This document shows, one piece after another, positions 39,088 through 54,129 of a stretch of 64,000 bases of DNA (positions are counted from its first letter, which is position 1; every line of letters starts with the position of its first letter). The position numbers and the translations under genes were made by a program. Location of the stretch: contig OX597821.1 of assembly GCA_951406725.2 (NCBI GenBank), positions 24,180,001-24,244,000 on the forward strand. The letters are read 5' to 3'. The notes under the pieces were generated by a model. The model was not told the DNA's origin. It did no database searches and was given only the letters and a program-made list of their open reading frames with translations. This DNA comes from Octopus vulgaris (lineage: Eukaryota).

Positions 39088-40438
39088 CATGCACGCACAC
39101 ACGCACGCACGCACGCACACATACAAACTAGCTTAAAAGCCGCACTACGAGGGTTAATTGGGCCTGCAGCCCAAAACCACAGAGTGATAAATGACTATAA
39201 TACGTCTATAATGACTATATACCCCGGGGGTGCTTCATCAGAGCTTAAAGACGAATGAGAATCAATTCTTTAATGCAATCATTCCATTGTTCCAGTCCCA
39301 ATTTGCATTCCAGCTGTTGACCAATTAGTCCAAAAGTTCTTATCTCGACGAAAATTAACGAACCGAATGTAATTTATCTCCCCCTTGAACTCTGACGTCA
39401 TCTGACAAACGTCACCCAAAATGGCGTTAATTAGTCAAGCTTTATCTGCCAGAAATAGCAATCCAAATGCTTTTAAATCAGATCCCAGTGCTGGGTGTTC
39501 AACAACCAAACGAAGGGCAGATTTTCAGTCCCGGAATCATCCTGTCCAAAAAGGTAAAATATGTCTATTTAGAGCAAATGTAGACTGAGATACCGAGGTC
39601 CTATACAACTAGAATTTCGCGTTCATTATTATAGATATACACGCACGCAGATACACACACACACAGACACACACGCACACACGCACACACGCACACACGC
39701 ACACACACACACACACACACACGCACACACGCACACACGCACACACGCACACACGCACACACGCACACACGCACACACGCACACACGCACACACGCACAC
39801 ACGCACACACGCACACACGCACTCACGCACACACGCACACACACACACACACACGCACTCACGCACACACACACACGCACACACACACACACACACACAC
39901 GATATACTTCTTTCAGTTTCAGTCTACGAAATCCACTGAAAGGTTTTGGTCGGCCCTGGGCTTTAGTATATGATGGCACTTGCCCCAAGGTTCCACGCAG
40001 TGGGAATGAATCCAGAACTAGGTGGCAGCACCAACAGCAGTAACATCAACAAGGATCACGATGATGACGACGATATCAGCAACAGCTAAATGCAAATGAA
40101 GTCCTCAGTGTGGGGGGTGGGGTCACTGCGACACAATAAGACGATGATGGGGGTGTGCAGGAACGGGGCAGTGTTGGAGGATGTGATGGTGGTGGCGGCG
40201 GCAGTTGTCAATTTGAGGCAGAGACGGCGGAGGTGTTAAGTGTTTAGTGACAATGTCTGTAGAATGATGCATTATGCTCAAGTAAACTGTAGCTACTTAC
40301 TGCAAATTACTGAGAAAACATTTCTGCCAAGTAATTTATGCAATTCCATAAAAACTGTGTTTGCAGTGATTGAACGAAATGTTAGACATGATAGTCGACG
40401 TATGTAGATATATGTCAACATATGTATGTACGGTAGAT

Positions 40439-40669
40439 GGCGGCGAGCTGGCAGAAACGTTTGCACGCCGGGCGAAATGCTTAGCGGTATTTCGTCTGTC
40501 GTTACGTTCTGAGTTCAAAATCCGCCGAGGTCGACTTTGTCTTTCATCCTCTCGGGGTCGATAAATAAAGTACCGGTTTCGCACTGGGTCGATGTAATCG
40601 ACTTAACCCGTTTGTCTGTCCTTGTTTGTCCCCTCTATGTTTAGCCCCTTGAGGGTAGTGAAGAAATAT
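40439..40669 (+). mobile_element. SINE B
   Basis: Full-length. TSD approximately TATGT..TACGGTA. Confidence 0.88.
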
Positions 40670-40934
40670 ATGTGTACGGTATGTATACATATATGTATGG
40701 TATAATATGTGCGTATGTGTGCATGCACATGTATTTATGTATGCATTGTCATGTATGTGTGTCTATATGTATGTGCATGTATGTGTATGTATGTATGTGT
40801 GTATGTACATTATTCAGATGCATGTGCATGTCTACATATATATATATATGTATGTGTATACTCACACGCGCGCGCGCACACACATAAACATATACCTGTA
40901 TGTTGTATAAATATGTGGATCCATGCATTTATAC

Positions 40935-41047
<113 letters not shown>

Positions 41048-41246
41048 CTTCATTTAAAACAGCAGAAAATTCAACAAAACCTGTTACTCTGAGTTTCCCC
41101 GTTGCCGTTCATCATGAACGGCAACGGGAAACTCAGAGTAACAGGTTTTGTTGAATTTTCTGCTGCTTTAAATGAAGCATATTACTCTACCACTGGTATT
41201 TGAGTACTCTTTTTTCCACCTTGTTTCACATTTATGTGATTACTCC

Positions 41247-41250
<4 letters not shown>
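41048..41250. repeat. Fold-back PLE tail between (TA)n tracts
   Basis: ~65-bp inverted arms centred at 41112 (TTCATCATGAA). The right arm has GAAA CTCAGAG TA and a ~70-bp unpaired tail. Confidence 0.88.
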
Positions 41251-41292
<42 letters not shown>

Positions 41293-41295
<3 letters not shown>

Positions 41296-41820
41296 CATAA
41301 AGGTAAATAAATGACACAACTTAGTACCGATATTTACTGGAAAATAGCGAACGTAATAAATACGATGCTAATGTATAGCTCCACTGCGTATGTACTAGCA
41401 AAACTGCGTGTGTGCAACAAACATGAAAAAAATTGTCTTACCTCTAGGGAGCACATCTGAAAAATGAAATACCTAAAAAGGGATAATGTGGTACCGGTTT
41501 CAGATTCTTCAAAATATGTCTGCCCACATATATTTGATTTATCTTCATCAGCCACATATACCTCGACAGCATTTCAGATTTGCCACATCCATGCCAATAC
41601 ACTCGACTGAACGCCAAAACGTTGACAGAACGAGAACAGTGAAGAAGTTTCAATGAAAATAGTAATGCAATACGAGAGTATTGTTTTCCAGTAAAGGATA
41701 GCCCGTGAGGGAAAATTATACATAAAGGTAAATAAATGGCACAACGAAGTACCGATATTTACTGGAAAATAGCGAACGTAATAAATACGATGCTACTGTA
41801 TAGCTTCACTGCGCATTACT
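41293..41820 (-). mobile_element. PLE remnant: HHR between two ~95-bp direct repeats
   Basis: 41293-41388 is repeated at 41719-41813. A canonical HHR lies at 41486-41557. (TA)n on both sides. Confidence 0.75.
41486..41557 (-). ncRNA. Type-I hammerhead ribozyme, canonical core
   Basis: Minus strand reads ATGTGG CTGATGA AGAT...ATCT GAAA CCGG TA CCACAT. 6-bp stem I, stem II AGAT/ATCT, palindromic stem III, GUA cleavage triplet. Confidence 0.85.
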
Positions 41821-42070
41821 ATTTTATATATATATACTTTATAATTAGGGTTCAGCAACGATTTGCTTCAGAAATAGCAGTCAAAAAATCTTAGCTATTC
41901 CTTTTACTTTAAAAGGGACTCCCAGAAAAACCAAAGTACTTGAAAACAAATTATAAAGTATTACTTAAGTTTACCATGAAATGGTCTTTTTCATGCCGAA
42001 TTCTACTTGGTAAAATTACTGATTACTTCTTAATTAATTAATTTTACCCTTTGTTATTATATATATATAG

Positions 42071-42101
<31 letters not shown>

Positions 42102-42318
42102 TGTATGTATGTATGTATGTATGTATGTATGTAGGCAGGCATGTATGCATGTATATACATGCATGTATGTATGCTGCATGTACATATGTATGCATGTACG
42201 TACATACAAGTACCTATCTTTCGATCTAAGGGTATGCATGTGTGTGTGTATGTATGTGTGCATGCATGTATCCCGCGTATGTATGTATGCATTTATGTAT
42301 GCCACATGCACATATGTA

Positions 42319-42367
<49 letters not shown>

Positions 42368-42923
42368 GCTGAGACCCCACTCGGACATAACTGACCATGG
42401 GATTGCACCTAGGAAGTTACCCTCCCATGCACAAGTTCGGGGAAAGTTGTTTATGGAAGATAACCAGTCGCCCATGTTTACCGGCCTCTCCTCTTCCCGC
42501 CACCAATGTTATCCGAGGGAAAGGCAAAGGGGCCGATGCAGCTTGGAACCGGTGACGTCGCAACTCATTTCTACAGCTGAGTAAACTGGAGCAACGTGAA
42601 AGGACACAACACGCAGATTCGAACTCACAACCTCACGATCGTAAGCTCGATGCTCTAACCACTGAGCCATGCTCCTTCACACACACACACTCAACACACA
42701 CACATATACACATGCATGTACCTCTCTTTCGAACTATGTGTGTGTAGGTGTGTGTATATATCTATGGATGCATGTATGCATTATGTATGCACGTATGTAT
42801 GCATATATATACATGCATGTACCTATATTTTGATCTGTGTGTGTGTATGTATTCATGGATGTATGTAAGCATGTATGTACGCATCGTGCACGTACGTTTG
42901 TACATGCATGTATATATATATGC

Positions 42924-42974
<51 letters not shown>

Positions 42975-43025
42975 TGTATATATATATGCATGTGTATATA
43001 TATATATGCATGTATATATATATGC

Positions 43026-43060
<35 letters not shown>

Positions 43061-43294
43061 TCTGTATATATATATGCATGTATCTATCTTTCGTTCTATG
43101 TGTGTGTATGTGTATGTGTGCGTGTGTGTGTGTCTGTGTGTGTTTATGGATGTATGGCTTTGCATGCGCTCATGCATGTCTATGGGTGATAACAGTATGT
43201 ATATGTATGCAATAGAATTATGTATTTTACATATTAACGTAATGTCTTCAGAAAGTACTAACGTTGAGAAGAAAATAACGTACCACGCAAAACA

Positions 43295-43360
<66 letters not shown>

Positions 43361-43884
43361 TGTTGCTTCTGCTTCTGCCGTTGTTGTTGTTCCTGTTGTA
43401 GTTGTTGTTGTTGCTCTTTTGTAATAGAGTTGGCATATAATGTCATCGGGGTAGAATATAATTGTCTTGAAACAAAAGACTTGGCGTTTCAAGTAAATGG
43501 TTGCATACTTATATAAATGCATACAAACATGCCAGAGAACTCAGATCAGTCTATCATAGCTTCAACGTAAACAACACGCACTCTGTAAAAGACCCAGCCT
43601 CCACTACCAGGAGGACAAGAAGACACTTACAAGGGACCTCTATAAGGAAGATATGATGAGCTTAACAAACAAAGCATTAGGGACAGAATAACTTAAAAAA
43701 GGCTACTGCAAATATATTGAATAACAATAACATGAAATTAATGTCAGAGCACCGGAAATACGAATAAACAAAATGACAAACAGAATATTTCCATGTCCAG
43801 ATCTTATGACAGGATGTTTGTACGAGTATCTCACCTTTTATCACCGAGATTTGGTAACACAGCTTACCACTGTATAGAAATGAG

Positions 43885-44290
43885 CGTAGGCGTGGCTGAG
43901 TGATTAAGAAGCTTACTGTTCAGCTATGTGGTCTTGGGTTCAGGTCCAGTGCGCGGTACTTCGAATAAGTGTAAATAAGTGTATTTTGCTGCAGCCCGAA
44001 GCCGACCAAAGCCTTGTGAGTAGATTTCACAGAAACTGAAAAAAAACCCTCTTGTGTGTGTGTGTGTGTGTATATGTATGTATGTATATATGTATCTATG
44101 TTTTTGCGTCTATCCTTCCGGCATCGCTTGATATCCGGTGCAGGTTTGTTTGCGTCACTGTAACTTAGCGCTTCGGCAAAAAAGTACCAGGCATTAAAAA
44201 TAAGTACCGAGGTCGATTTGTTCGACTAAACTCTTAAAGGCAGTGTGACAGCATGGCCGCAGTCTCATGACTAAAGGAAATAAGAGATGA
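43885..44290 (+). mobile_element. SINE A (diverged)
   Basis: Head, internal (TG)n and tail are recognisable. Confidence 0.8.
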
Positions 44291-44997
44291 TAGGTAATAT
44301 AGATAAAGCATAAAGTGGGTTCGATCAGCGTTCGATCTGCGTTCAATCTGTTCAGATGGCTGGCGGCTTCCATTACCCTGTTAAAAAAAAAAATAGGATC
44401 GTTGTAAAAAAAGATTGAAGGATTATAATATTGTTCGACTGACAAAAATGTTTTGTAGCATTTCTTCCGGTTCTGTAATATTATGAGTACATATCCTGCT
44501 GAGGTCAACTTTGCCTTTATTCCTTTTGGGGTCGATAAAACAGAGTATCAGTCAAGTTCTGGGATCAGGGTAATCGACTAACAACTTGCCGCTTAGCTTA
44601 GACCTTGTATTTATATTAATGTTACGACGACGAGTGTTCCAGTTGATCCAATCAACGGAATAGCCTGCTCGTGAAATTAACGTGCAAGTGTCTGAGCATT
44701 CCACAGATACGGGTACCCTTAATATAGTTCACATCGCGACCAGGTTGGCCCTTTGAAATACAGGCACTGCTCGTTTTTGCCAGCTGAATGGACTGTAGCA
44801 ACGTGAAATAAAATGTCTTGCTCAAGGACACAACGCGCAGCCGGGAATCGAAGCCACGACCTTACAATCGCAAGCCGAATACCCTAAACATTAAGCCTTG
44901 TCTCAAACAATACTATAACACCATAACAAGCTAAGGGAAGGAAGGAAGTGCGCGATTGTATGAGCAGTTTACTTAGCAACAAAATGAAACAATAAGT

Positions 44998-45228
44998 TAT
45001 TTCTTTACTGTCCACAAGGGGCTACACACAGAGGGGACAAACAAGGACAGACAAACGGATTAAGCCGATTATATCAACCCCAGTGCGTAACTGGTACTTA
45101 TTTAATCGACTCCGAAAGGATGAAAGGCAAAGTCGACCTCGGCGGAATTTGAACTCAGAACGTAAAGACAGACGAAATACTGCTAAGCATTTCACCCGGC
45201 GTGCTAACGTTTCTGCCAGCTCGTTGCC
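44998..45228 (-). mobile_element. SINE B
   Basis: Full-length, TSD AACAATAAGT. Other copies at ~2690, 4845, 36550, 44490, 46016, 56515, 58965, 60810 and 63330. Confidence 0.88.
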
Positions 45229-46479
45229 AAATGCAACAATAAGTAAAGAACTACCGATCCTTCGTTGTAATGTAACTGAGCTAACAGAAAACCTGTGATA
45301 GTACATCATATGGATTGATTATTGAAGTATTGCAATCAGCGAAATAACATAACCACTAATAGCTGCCATTCAATACCTAACCAAGTCTTAGTACGTCACT
45401 TTACTTCTCAGATGTGATAAGAAATCAATTAAATTTGAAATGATACAATATAAAGGTGTCATATAAGGTAATAGCTATGTGTTCGATTATTTCACGATGA
45501 CGATTCAGTGGTTCTATCATCTCAGTTACCTGCCCCTGAATTAACATATAAGTGGTTGAACATCTCACAGACAAATGTACCCTTAACGTAATTTACAGGC
45601 AGATTCAGTGCGACGCAGTGTGACAAGGGTGTTCCTTCTGAATTACAGGTCCGACCTCATCGACAGGCTTTTGCACAGTTTCCATCTATCCAATTTCATT
45701 GACGATGTATCTGTCGAACATAGGTTGTCGAAAATGGGTAAGGGATCGAAGTCAAGACATTTTAATTGTCAAGGTACTGCGCCTACACGCACACACACGC
45801 ACACACACACACACACACACACAAACCCGCACACATACACACACACACATACAAACACACAAGCACACACCCACACTTACACACACACAAACACTTACAC
45901 ACAGAGACAAACAAACACATAAACATCTATATAACATAAAATAAATATTGAACTGAATTGCAGTAGTCAAGTAAATTTAGTGATTTTTTTTCCTTCTTAA
46001 TATTTAGTTATACTAAGGCGGTGAGTTGGCAGAATCGTTGGCACGCCGGGCAAAATACTTGGCGGTATTTCATCCATTTTCACGTTCTGAGTTCAAGTTT
46101 CGCCGTGGTCTGACTTTGCCTTTTATCCTTTCGGGGGAGGGGGGCGATAAAATAAGTGCCAGTTGAACACTGGGGGTTGATGTAAAAAGCTTACTCCTCC
46201 CCTGAAATTGTTGGTCTTGTGCCAAAATTTGAAACCAATATTTAGATGTTGTATGTCTAGAACTTTCTTCTGGGGGAGAACTTCTTATCCTTTCTACCAA
46301 TTCGAGTGGCAACGTAAGAGTACAATGAATGGTTTGTTGTTCTGTTATTTAGTCGCAAATTAGCTGCATTGGCTGATTTGAGGAATACATTCAGATCAAG
46401 TCACTTGCTATGCAAGTACATCTCTGTAATTTGTTAAAATTACTGTGAATAAATGCCAACAATGACCTCAGGCAAGATT

Positions 46480-48318
46480 GGGTCGTGTTTTTGATAGACA
46501 CACACGAAGTCCATCTTCCTCAGACAGCAATTATGCTCGCTTCTTGTGCTTGATGGTTGTCATAGCTGAAAATCCAAATTCATACAAGTAGGAGGTTGAA
46601 AACTGCACAAGAAGTCGCAGCGCTTTCTGGACAATTGCAGGATATTTCCTTTTCAACCAGCAACCAAAATGCATTCAGGTTAAGCTCAGAATGCTTCAAC
46701 TTTAATGTTCTGTCATTTAAAACACTAGCAAGTTCTTCTTCTTCTGTTAAAGTGAACTGTTCTTCAAATGGCTCAAATTCCACAAATGGGTTTCTAATCC
46801 AGTCATACTGGTCAATAGATATCGATGGAAAATATTTGTCAAGATTTGTTAACAAAATGTGCAAATGGTTCAAAATCAGTAGCGCAGTTTCTTGACAATT
46901 CCTTTTAAAAACACTTGGAAACATTTCCAAATTTCCTGCAGCTATGCGTTTCTTCCATATTGTAATTTCTTCTGAAAAGCATTTATTTTGTCAGTAGAAG
47001 GCAAGAATTTTTCGTTCCTGCCCTGCACGCCATTGTTCAAGAGGTTTAGCTCATGAAATATATCGGCAAGATATGCTAACTTGGAACACCAATGGTCATC
47101 ACTCAAACATTCTACAAAATCTTTCAGGTTTTCTTGCAAACAAAAGGTCAATAACTTCTCTTAATTCGTAAAAACGAGACAATACTTTTTCCCTTGACAA
47201 CAATCGTATTTCTGTGTGCTGGATTAAGGTGGAATGGCCTGTTTCCATACCCACACAAAGTTTCGCAAACTGTCGACATTTAAGTGGCCTCGTCTTGATA
47301 TGATTAACTATTTTCACTACCATATTCAATGCAGATTTTAGTTCTGGTCCAAGAGTTTTAGCAACTAGTGCTTCTCTATGAATGAAACAATGAGTATGGA
47401 TAATATTTGGATTTTGCTTTTGTGCGATTGGGACAAAGCATTTAAGACATCCTGTCATTGCAGGGGCACCATCTGTACAAATACCAACACAGTTTTTCCA
47501 GTTCGATCCACAATACTCTAAATATGAATTGAAAACATCAAATACATCTTGTCCTTTTCTTGTTTCTGGCAACTCTTTGCAACACAGGAAGTCTTCTACA
47601 ATAGCTTCATCATTAATAAAACGAACAAATACAAGGAGCTGTGCTTTACCAGTGATGTCTGTACTCTCATCAACTTGAAGTGCAAACAACTTATGTTTCA
47701 GTATTTTTGACTTAATATTGCACTCAATGTCTCCTGATGTGTCTTGAATGCGCCTACGTATTGTGTTGTCAGAAAGAGGAATTTTATTTAGCTCTGATAC
47801 AGCATCCTCTCCAAACATTACCCTCACTATTTCCTGGCATGCAGGTGAAATTACAGTTTCAGCGATGGTATGAGATTTCATTTTTCTTGCAACTATCTCC
47901 GCCACAGCATAACTTGCTTCTTGTCCTTTGTCACTCAACTTGAACTTTTTGGCAAACATAGAAACTTGCCTTTTATTAAATGCCAATTCTCTTTTGAAAT
48001 ATTGTTAATTTTTGCCTGACAACTCTGGATGTTTAGTTGTTAAGTGTTGTTTCAGTTTGGCTGGTGCCATAGCACTATTAGCCAGTTTCTCCTCAAAAAC
48101 AGTACACAAAGGTGAAGGGCAGTCTGGGTTTCCAGTCCAAGTAAATCCCAGAGCTATATAGTTTTCACAATATTGACGAACTTTTAGTTGCAGGTTAATT
48201 CCATCATTTCTTGGTAATTTCGACGAGGCAGCATCACTGGCAGTGGCTGCAGCTTCAACAGACTGCCTCAGACCTTGCCTCTCTTAACCTAACTTCGTTT
48301 TTTCAGAAATCTATCCAT
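46480..48318 (-). pseudogene. hAT (Buster/Charlie, ZBED5/SCAND3-like) transposase pseudogene
   Basis: Starts MDRFLKK. BED-like YIALGFTW..P.C region, then KSHTIAE, IPLSDNTIRRRI, FALQVDESTD, ICTDGAPAMTG, HCFIHREAL, LAYLADIF, WIRNPF. Split across ORFs 47099-47986, 46942-47151 and 46580-46930. Confidence 0.92.
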
Positions 48319-49108
48319 ACTTGTAAGGCTGTAAGCAGAATTGTATATATATAAAAGCAAACCTAATAGTGGCAGGACAAAATGATCTTTAAAAGTGTAG
48401 CGTGTTTAATGATGTAAAATTTAGCTTTTTTATTAATTTTTTTTTTTAGTAAAAGGTATTTGATTATATCTAAACAATATGCATATGATAATAAAATAGA
48501 TTTTCGGATTTGAATTTAAAATGTCGTGTATTTGTTCCTTGTTCTAATTTAGAAATTTGTAAGGAATTAATATTTATGCATATTTACATATCTTATAATT
48601 TAGTATCAGTTTTCGTATTTCTTATTTCTTCCTACATATGTAATTCTACTCTCTTTCGAATTTTTTCATCTTAACATTTGACCAAATATTAATAGACGTC
48701 ATACAAGAAAATGTTTTTACAAAAACGCTTTTTAAAAAGCTAAAGATCTTTTAAGAGGCGAATTAACAACAACACCTAAATGGCTTACACAGTTAAAATG
48801 TTTCTTCCAAATATAGTCACACGTATTTTACAAAAGAAACTAAACCATCATCTAAGCTGGCATGCAACTCATAGTTGTGCACGTACATGTACACACATAT
48901 CTGCACAGGAGAATTAAAAATTACTGTCGATTTTAGCATTTATGTGACTTCTTGTGGAACCCCTGGACTGTACTGGCGGAACATATATATATATATATGG
49001 CCTGCTCGCTTAGCCAGCGGGGTGGCGTCACTCGAAGGCTAAAACAATGCGAACGCATTGTGACCAGCGATGTGTAACAACATCTGATGGTCTGGTCGGT
49101 CACGTGAT

Positions 49109-49142
<34 letters not shown>

Positions 49143-49145
<3 letters not shown>

Positions 49146-49448
49146 TCGTGATTGGTCAGAATTTTGATGACGTCCCGTTCTGCTTGACTAAGCCACCTAA
49201 CGAAACGATTGGTCAAAACAGGATACAGACACGAGGCAGTTATAATACAGCGATAGGTCACGATTGGTCAGAATGTTGATGACGTCCCGTTCTGCTTGAC
49301 TAAGCCACCTAACGAAACGATTGGTCAAAACGTTGATGACGTCACGTTACGCTGGACTGACCAGTGTTATAAAACTGAAACATGTTATAATGTATATATA
49401 AAAATTAAAAATTGTATAATATAGCAGCATTTTCGAACTTCATTTTTT

Positions 49449-49453
<5 letters not shown>
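49143..49453 (+). mobile_element. Second, internally deleted copy of the ATTGG/TGACGTC element
   Basis: Same sub-repeats and 3' end as 22761-23420. (TA)n on both sides. Confidence 0.75.
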
Positions 49454-49519
<66 letters not shown>

Positions 49520-49958
49520 CGGTCGTTTCCGATGCACGCAGATTCCAACATTTGTTAGGCTACCCATTAAAGATTTGTTTTCAGTGAAGGCTTGTGTAAG
49601 ACCAGGCATACTTTTAGGAAATACAGAAGCAGAAAGTTGGTGCAAATGATTGCCCCAAACTCTATTGGAGTTCTCCGCCGCCTGAGTTAGTTGCTATCAT
49701 CTCGGCTTAGAACATGGCGGATTAAATACGTGAAGAATCACTCTTAAATACTACTGGCAGCATTTAAACCAATACAACGAGCTGCATGGTCGGCGACTAA
49801 ACCGGCATTATCACGAGGCTGCTTGGTTTTCGGTTACACTGCGAGCGGAAAAACAAGACCCGTCAAAGGACAGAACAGTTAATAACCATCCTGTTTTATA
49901 CATACATAAATACATACATTCATAAATACATAGATACATAGATACGTACATACATACA

Positions 49959-49989
<31 letters not shown>

Positions 49990-50406
49990 CATACATACAT
50001 ACATACATACATACATACATGTATTAATGAGGTATTAAAAGATTTACAGATTTTTTTCGAGGGTTTGACTAATTTCTTTCTGTTGGGATCTTCTTCCGGG
50101 CATATTTCTTTGCAGTTGCAATGTGATTTGTCGAGTTTGTCTGCTAGGAGAGTGAGTTTTGAGTTTATGACTTGTAGTTCACACAAGATTTTGTCGAGTG
50201 TCGTGTTATCCTAACTCTAGACCAATGAAGTTTTACCTCCAATCAAAACTGAACTTTAGTAAATACAACAAAATGACCCTTTAAAAGAATCAACGAACTG
50301 GAACGGCTGATGACTTGCAGTTCCCCACAGGGAAGTCAACCAAGCAGAACGACAAACTTGGCCACCAGAAAAAAAGACGTCAGTGAACCATAGAACTAAC
50401 CTATTA

Positions 50407-50452
<46 letters not shown>

Positions 50453-50876
50453 TAACCACCACCACCACCACCACCACCACCACCACCACCACCACCACCA
50501 CAACCACCACCACTACTACTACTACTACTAGCTGATCACGAGCAGAAGTATTGGGGGAACATCATAGCTATGTGTTGAGAGGGATTCGTTGGGGTTTGAA
50601 TAATTCACCTCTGGAAACATGGGTGTTTCGTTCAACATCCTTAAACAACTGAGTGGAATGGGCTACTCGACTCGAAGAAAATTCTAAATGGGCCCCACCT
50701 GCAAGGTCCTGTGCTATTTATCTTAATATGAGATCACCATGTCGCGCACATATGGTTGTGATGCATGTGCCTAGTGTACCCTTATCGGACGGGTAGTCAT
50801 GATGGGTATACTGGGCTTCGTATATTTTACCCCAGTGTCACTTTGATGAAATCATGCACTGCTCTCTCACTCAATG

Positions 50877-51010
<134 letters not shown>

Positions 51011-51698
51011 AATAATAATAAAAGTAATAATAATAATAATAATAATAATGGACGATGATGATGATAATGATTGTAATTACGATGACAAGATCGAAGATGA
51101 TAACGATGATGGTGATGGCGATGATATAAGAAGATTTGGTCTATATTTCTGAAAATGATTTCAAGGGACATATGATCCTGACGGTTACCGTGTTAACTCT
51201 TAGATCAATTCTCAATGCTGGTTAGCCACAGTGAATTTTGGTGATACTCGAGTTAGTGATAATTTACTAGACTCAGTTATTATCCTCGCTTGGTAAATCC
51301 GAATGTCCTTTTAGGAACTGCATAGTTTCCGTAGAGAAAATAATCAAAATATTAAAGATCAGGTGAACGCAGATTTACACATCCATATTTTATTATACAG
51401 TTATCACAGCATTCTTCCATTGAACCTACGCACATTTCGGCTGCATCCGCTGAATACTGTTATATGTGCATCTTGGTGCTAATTATCGGTGCAGCTTCTG
51501 CAACTTACGCAGGGTCCGTTGTTTGCTGCCTTTCGAAGATCATCTGAAGGAAACTATGAGACTGACCGACAAGTAACACCAAGATGCACCCATATCAGTG
51601 CAGAGACGTAGGTCCACGGGAAGAATGTTGTAATAACAGTATAACAAAATATTGATGAGTAAATTTCCATTCTCCTGTGGTCTTTATTAATTTCATTT

Positions 51699-51855
<157 letters not shown>

Positions 51856-52879
51856 GTGGAGGCGCAATGGCCCAGTGGTTAGGGCAGCGGACTCGCGGTC
51901 ATAGGATCACGGTTTCGATTCCTAGACTAGAAATTGTGAGTGCTTATTGAGCTAAAACAATGCGAAACGCATTGTGACCAGCGATGTGTAGCAACATTGA
52001 TAGCCTGGTCGGTCACGGTGATCACGGTGATATATATATACATATATGTATATATATATATTGACAGAGCCTCTATGTTCTGGTTGAGCATACTGGTAGA
52101 GCACTGACGAGCCTTTCTCTTCTTTGAGCTCCTCACCAGTTCACCTATACGGTCTCCTATGCTGCGTGCTGCCTCTCTAGTGTAATTGTCATGCTTCTGT
52201 ACCGTCCCTCAGTACATCGTAAGCTATACACTATATTCCGAACCTTGCAGTTAATCCGAGGGTTCATCCTACATACAATACAGTCGTTCTCAGTACATGG
52301 GGACCTATCGAAGTGATAAGTTATACAGATCGGGGATTTTATTGGAGCACCACTCCTTTCTACTACTTTAATCCGTAGATTGGCCTTATCTAATGTTTTT
52401 CTAAAATGGTGTGCTAATTAGTCGCCAAGGGTAGCATCAACGAACATGACATTCTAGTATTTTTGTAGTCATACCAGGAGTCGGCCTTATTCATACTATA
52501 TTCATACAGAAGCAAAAACACTTTTTTACGCATTACAATACCTATTAAATTGAATTGTAATAGCCAATCAAAACTAGCAACAAATCAAATTTATTGTGTA
52601 GATGTACGTTACATAATCTACTAAAGAAGTTTTTGTCAGTCTTTCTGGCAGCTCGATTGGTTACACAGGCACACCCTAACTGGCTTATTGTTGATTACTG
52701 AAGCATTGTAATTGTTTTTGACATTGCAGCAGCAGCAGTAGTAGTAGTAGAAGTAGTAGAACTTGTAGTAGTGGTTGCTGTTCTTGTTGCTATTGTTGTT
52801 GTTGTTATTTAGTTACATGTTAACCATATAATTTTAGTCACATATCGGCTATATATAATAAAAGGCATTTATTCTAGCT

Positions 52880-53100
52880 GAGAATTCAGAGCAGATGGGC
52901 AGGACATGTTGTCCAAATGCAAGATGATCGCATTCCGAAAATTCTTTTGTATGTAGAGAGATTACGCAGTAAAGGAAAACCCGCCTTTAGGTATAAGGAC
53001 AAGGTAATGCAATCACTAAAATCCCTACAGCTTAATTTAACATACTGGGAAAGTAATTGCCTACATCGATCTGAGTGGCAGAAAATGTGTCATGATGCAT
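52880..53100 (+). pseudogene. RTE-like LINE ORF C-terminal fragment
   Basis: RWAGHVVQMQDDRIPKILLY..R.KGKP..RYKDKV...LK...WE...RSEW. Interrupted by the hAT MITE. Confidence 0.75.
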
Positions 53101-53106
53101 CTAAAC

Positions 53107-53359
53107 CAATGGCTCTCAACCATGTTTTGCAAATGGACCCCTTTGATTCCTATTTTACTCAAAAGGAGGGACCCTCATAGTCATTCGATGTCTAAAAACT
53201 GTTATATTTGTATGATTAAATATCGTTCGGAATTGTATTAAAAAATGTTTAAATATTTTGTGAATTGTAAAAAATATAACCAGTTTATTGCCCAAATTTT
53301 AACAACAAATTCTTATGAAGATTTCCAAGAGTCATACAAACCCCAGCTGCGAACCACTG
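53107..53359. mobile_element. hAT-type MITE (~253 bp)
   Basis: Ends are CAATGGCTCTCAAC and GCTGCGAACCACTG. 8-bp TSD ATCTAAAC/ATCTAAGC. Confidence 0.8.
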
Positions 53360-53734
53360 ATCTAAGCAATTTGAGTTGAAGAAAGAATTATATCCTGCAA
53401 TCAACGGACACATTTTGTCCAAGCTCATGCAAAATCAAAATCCTCATTGTCTCCTTTACGACTTCATAGCAAAATCCATACCTGGATTCAAATTATGTTG
53501 ACGCATCCATTGCAAACAGATACAGCTTCAGTGTGATTCTATCTGAGAATTACATTGGTGTGGGCACGGCTGTGTGGTTCAGAAACTCGCCTTGTAACAA
53601 CACAGTTTCGGATCTAATCAAACTGCGCGGTCCATTGGGCAAGTGTCTCCTACCATTTCTCTGGGCTGACCAACGCCTTGGTTGGCAGAAACTGCGTGGA
53701 AGCTTGTCGTATATACATACATATCCACATACCT

Positions 53735-54129
53735 ATTTCTCTTTAACTCTTTTACTTGCTTCAGTCATTTGACTGCGGCTGTGCTAGAGCATCACCCCTT
53801 TTATTCGAGCAAATCGACCCCAGGACTTATTCTTTGTAAGCCTAGTACTTATTCTATCGTTCTCATTTGCCGAACCGTTAAGTTACGGGGACGTAAACAC
53901 ACCAGCATCGGTTGTCAAGTGATATTGGAGGGCGGACAAATACAGACACACAAACACACACACATATAAATATATACGACGGGCTTCTTTCATTTTCCGT
54001 CAACCAAATCCACTCACAAGTCTTTGGTCGGCCCGAAGCTATAGTAGAAGGCACTTGCACAAGGTGCCACGCTGTGGGACTGAACCCGGAACTATTTGGT
54101 TGGTAAGCAAGCTACTTACCACATAGCCT
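53735..54129 (-). mobile_element. SINE A
   Basis: Full-length homologue. Further partial copies at ~21594, 23520, 38190, 39900, 53556, 55150, 55490 and 56805. Confidence 0.85.

Noticed and set aside
50020-50210. Minus-strand coiled-coil-like peptide (LDKILCELQVINSKLTLLADKLDK)
   Set aside because: It could be a LINE ORF1 or an exon, but no start, splice sites or motif can be supported.
51420-51550. Possible minus-strand HHR (CAGATGA...GCAGCC GAAA TGTGCG TA)
   Set aside because: Core and stem I are mismatched; too degenerate to call.
51857-51930. tRNA-like sequence (also 54577-54650)
   Set aside because: It has A/B boxes but no clean acceptor stem and continues into SINE body/tail, so it is treated as a SINE head.
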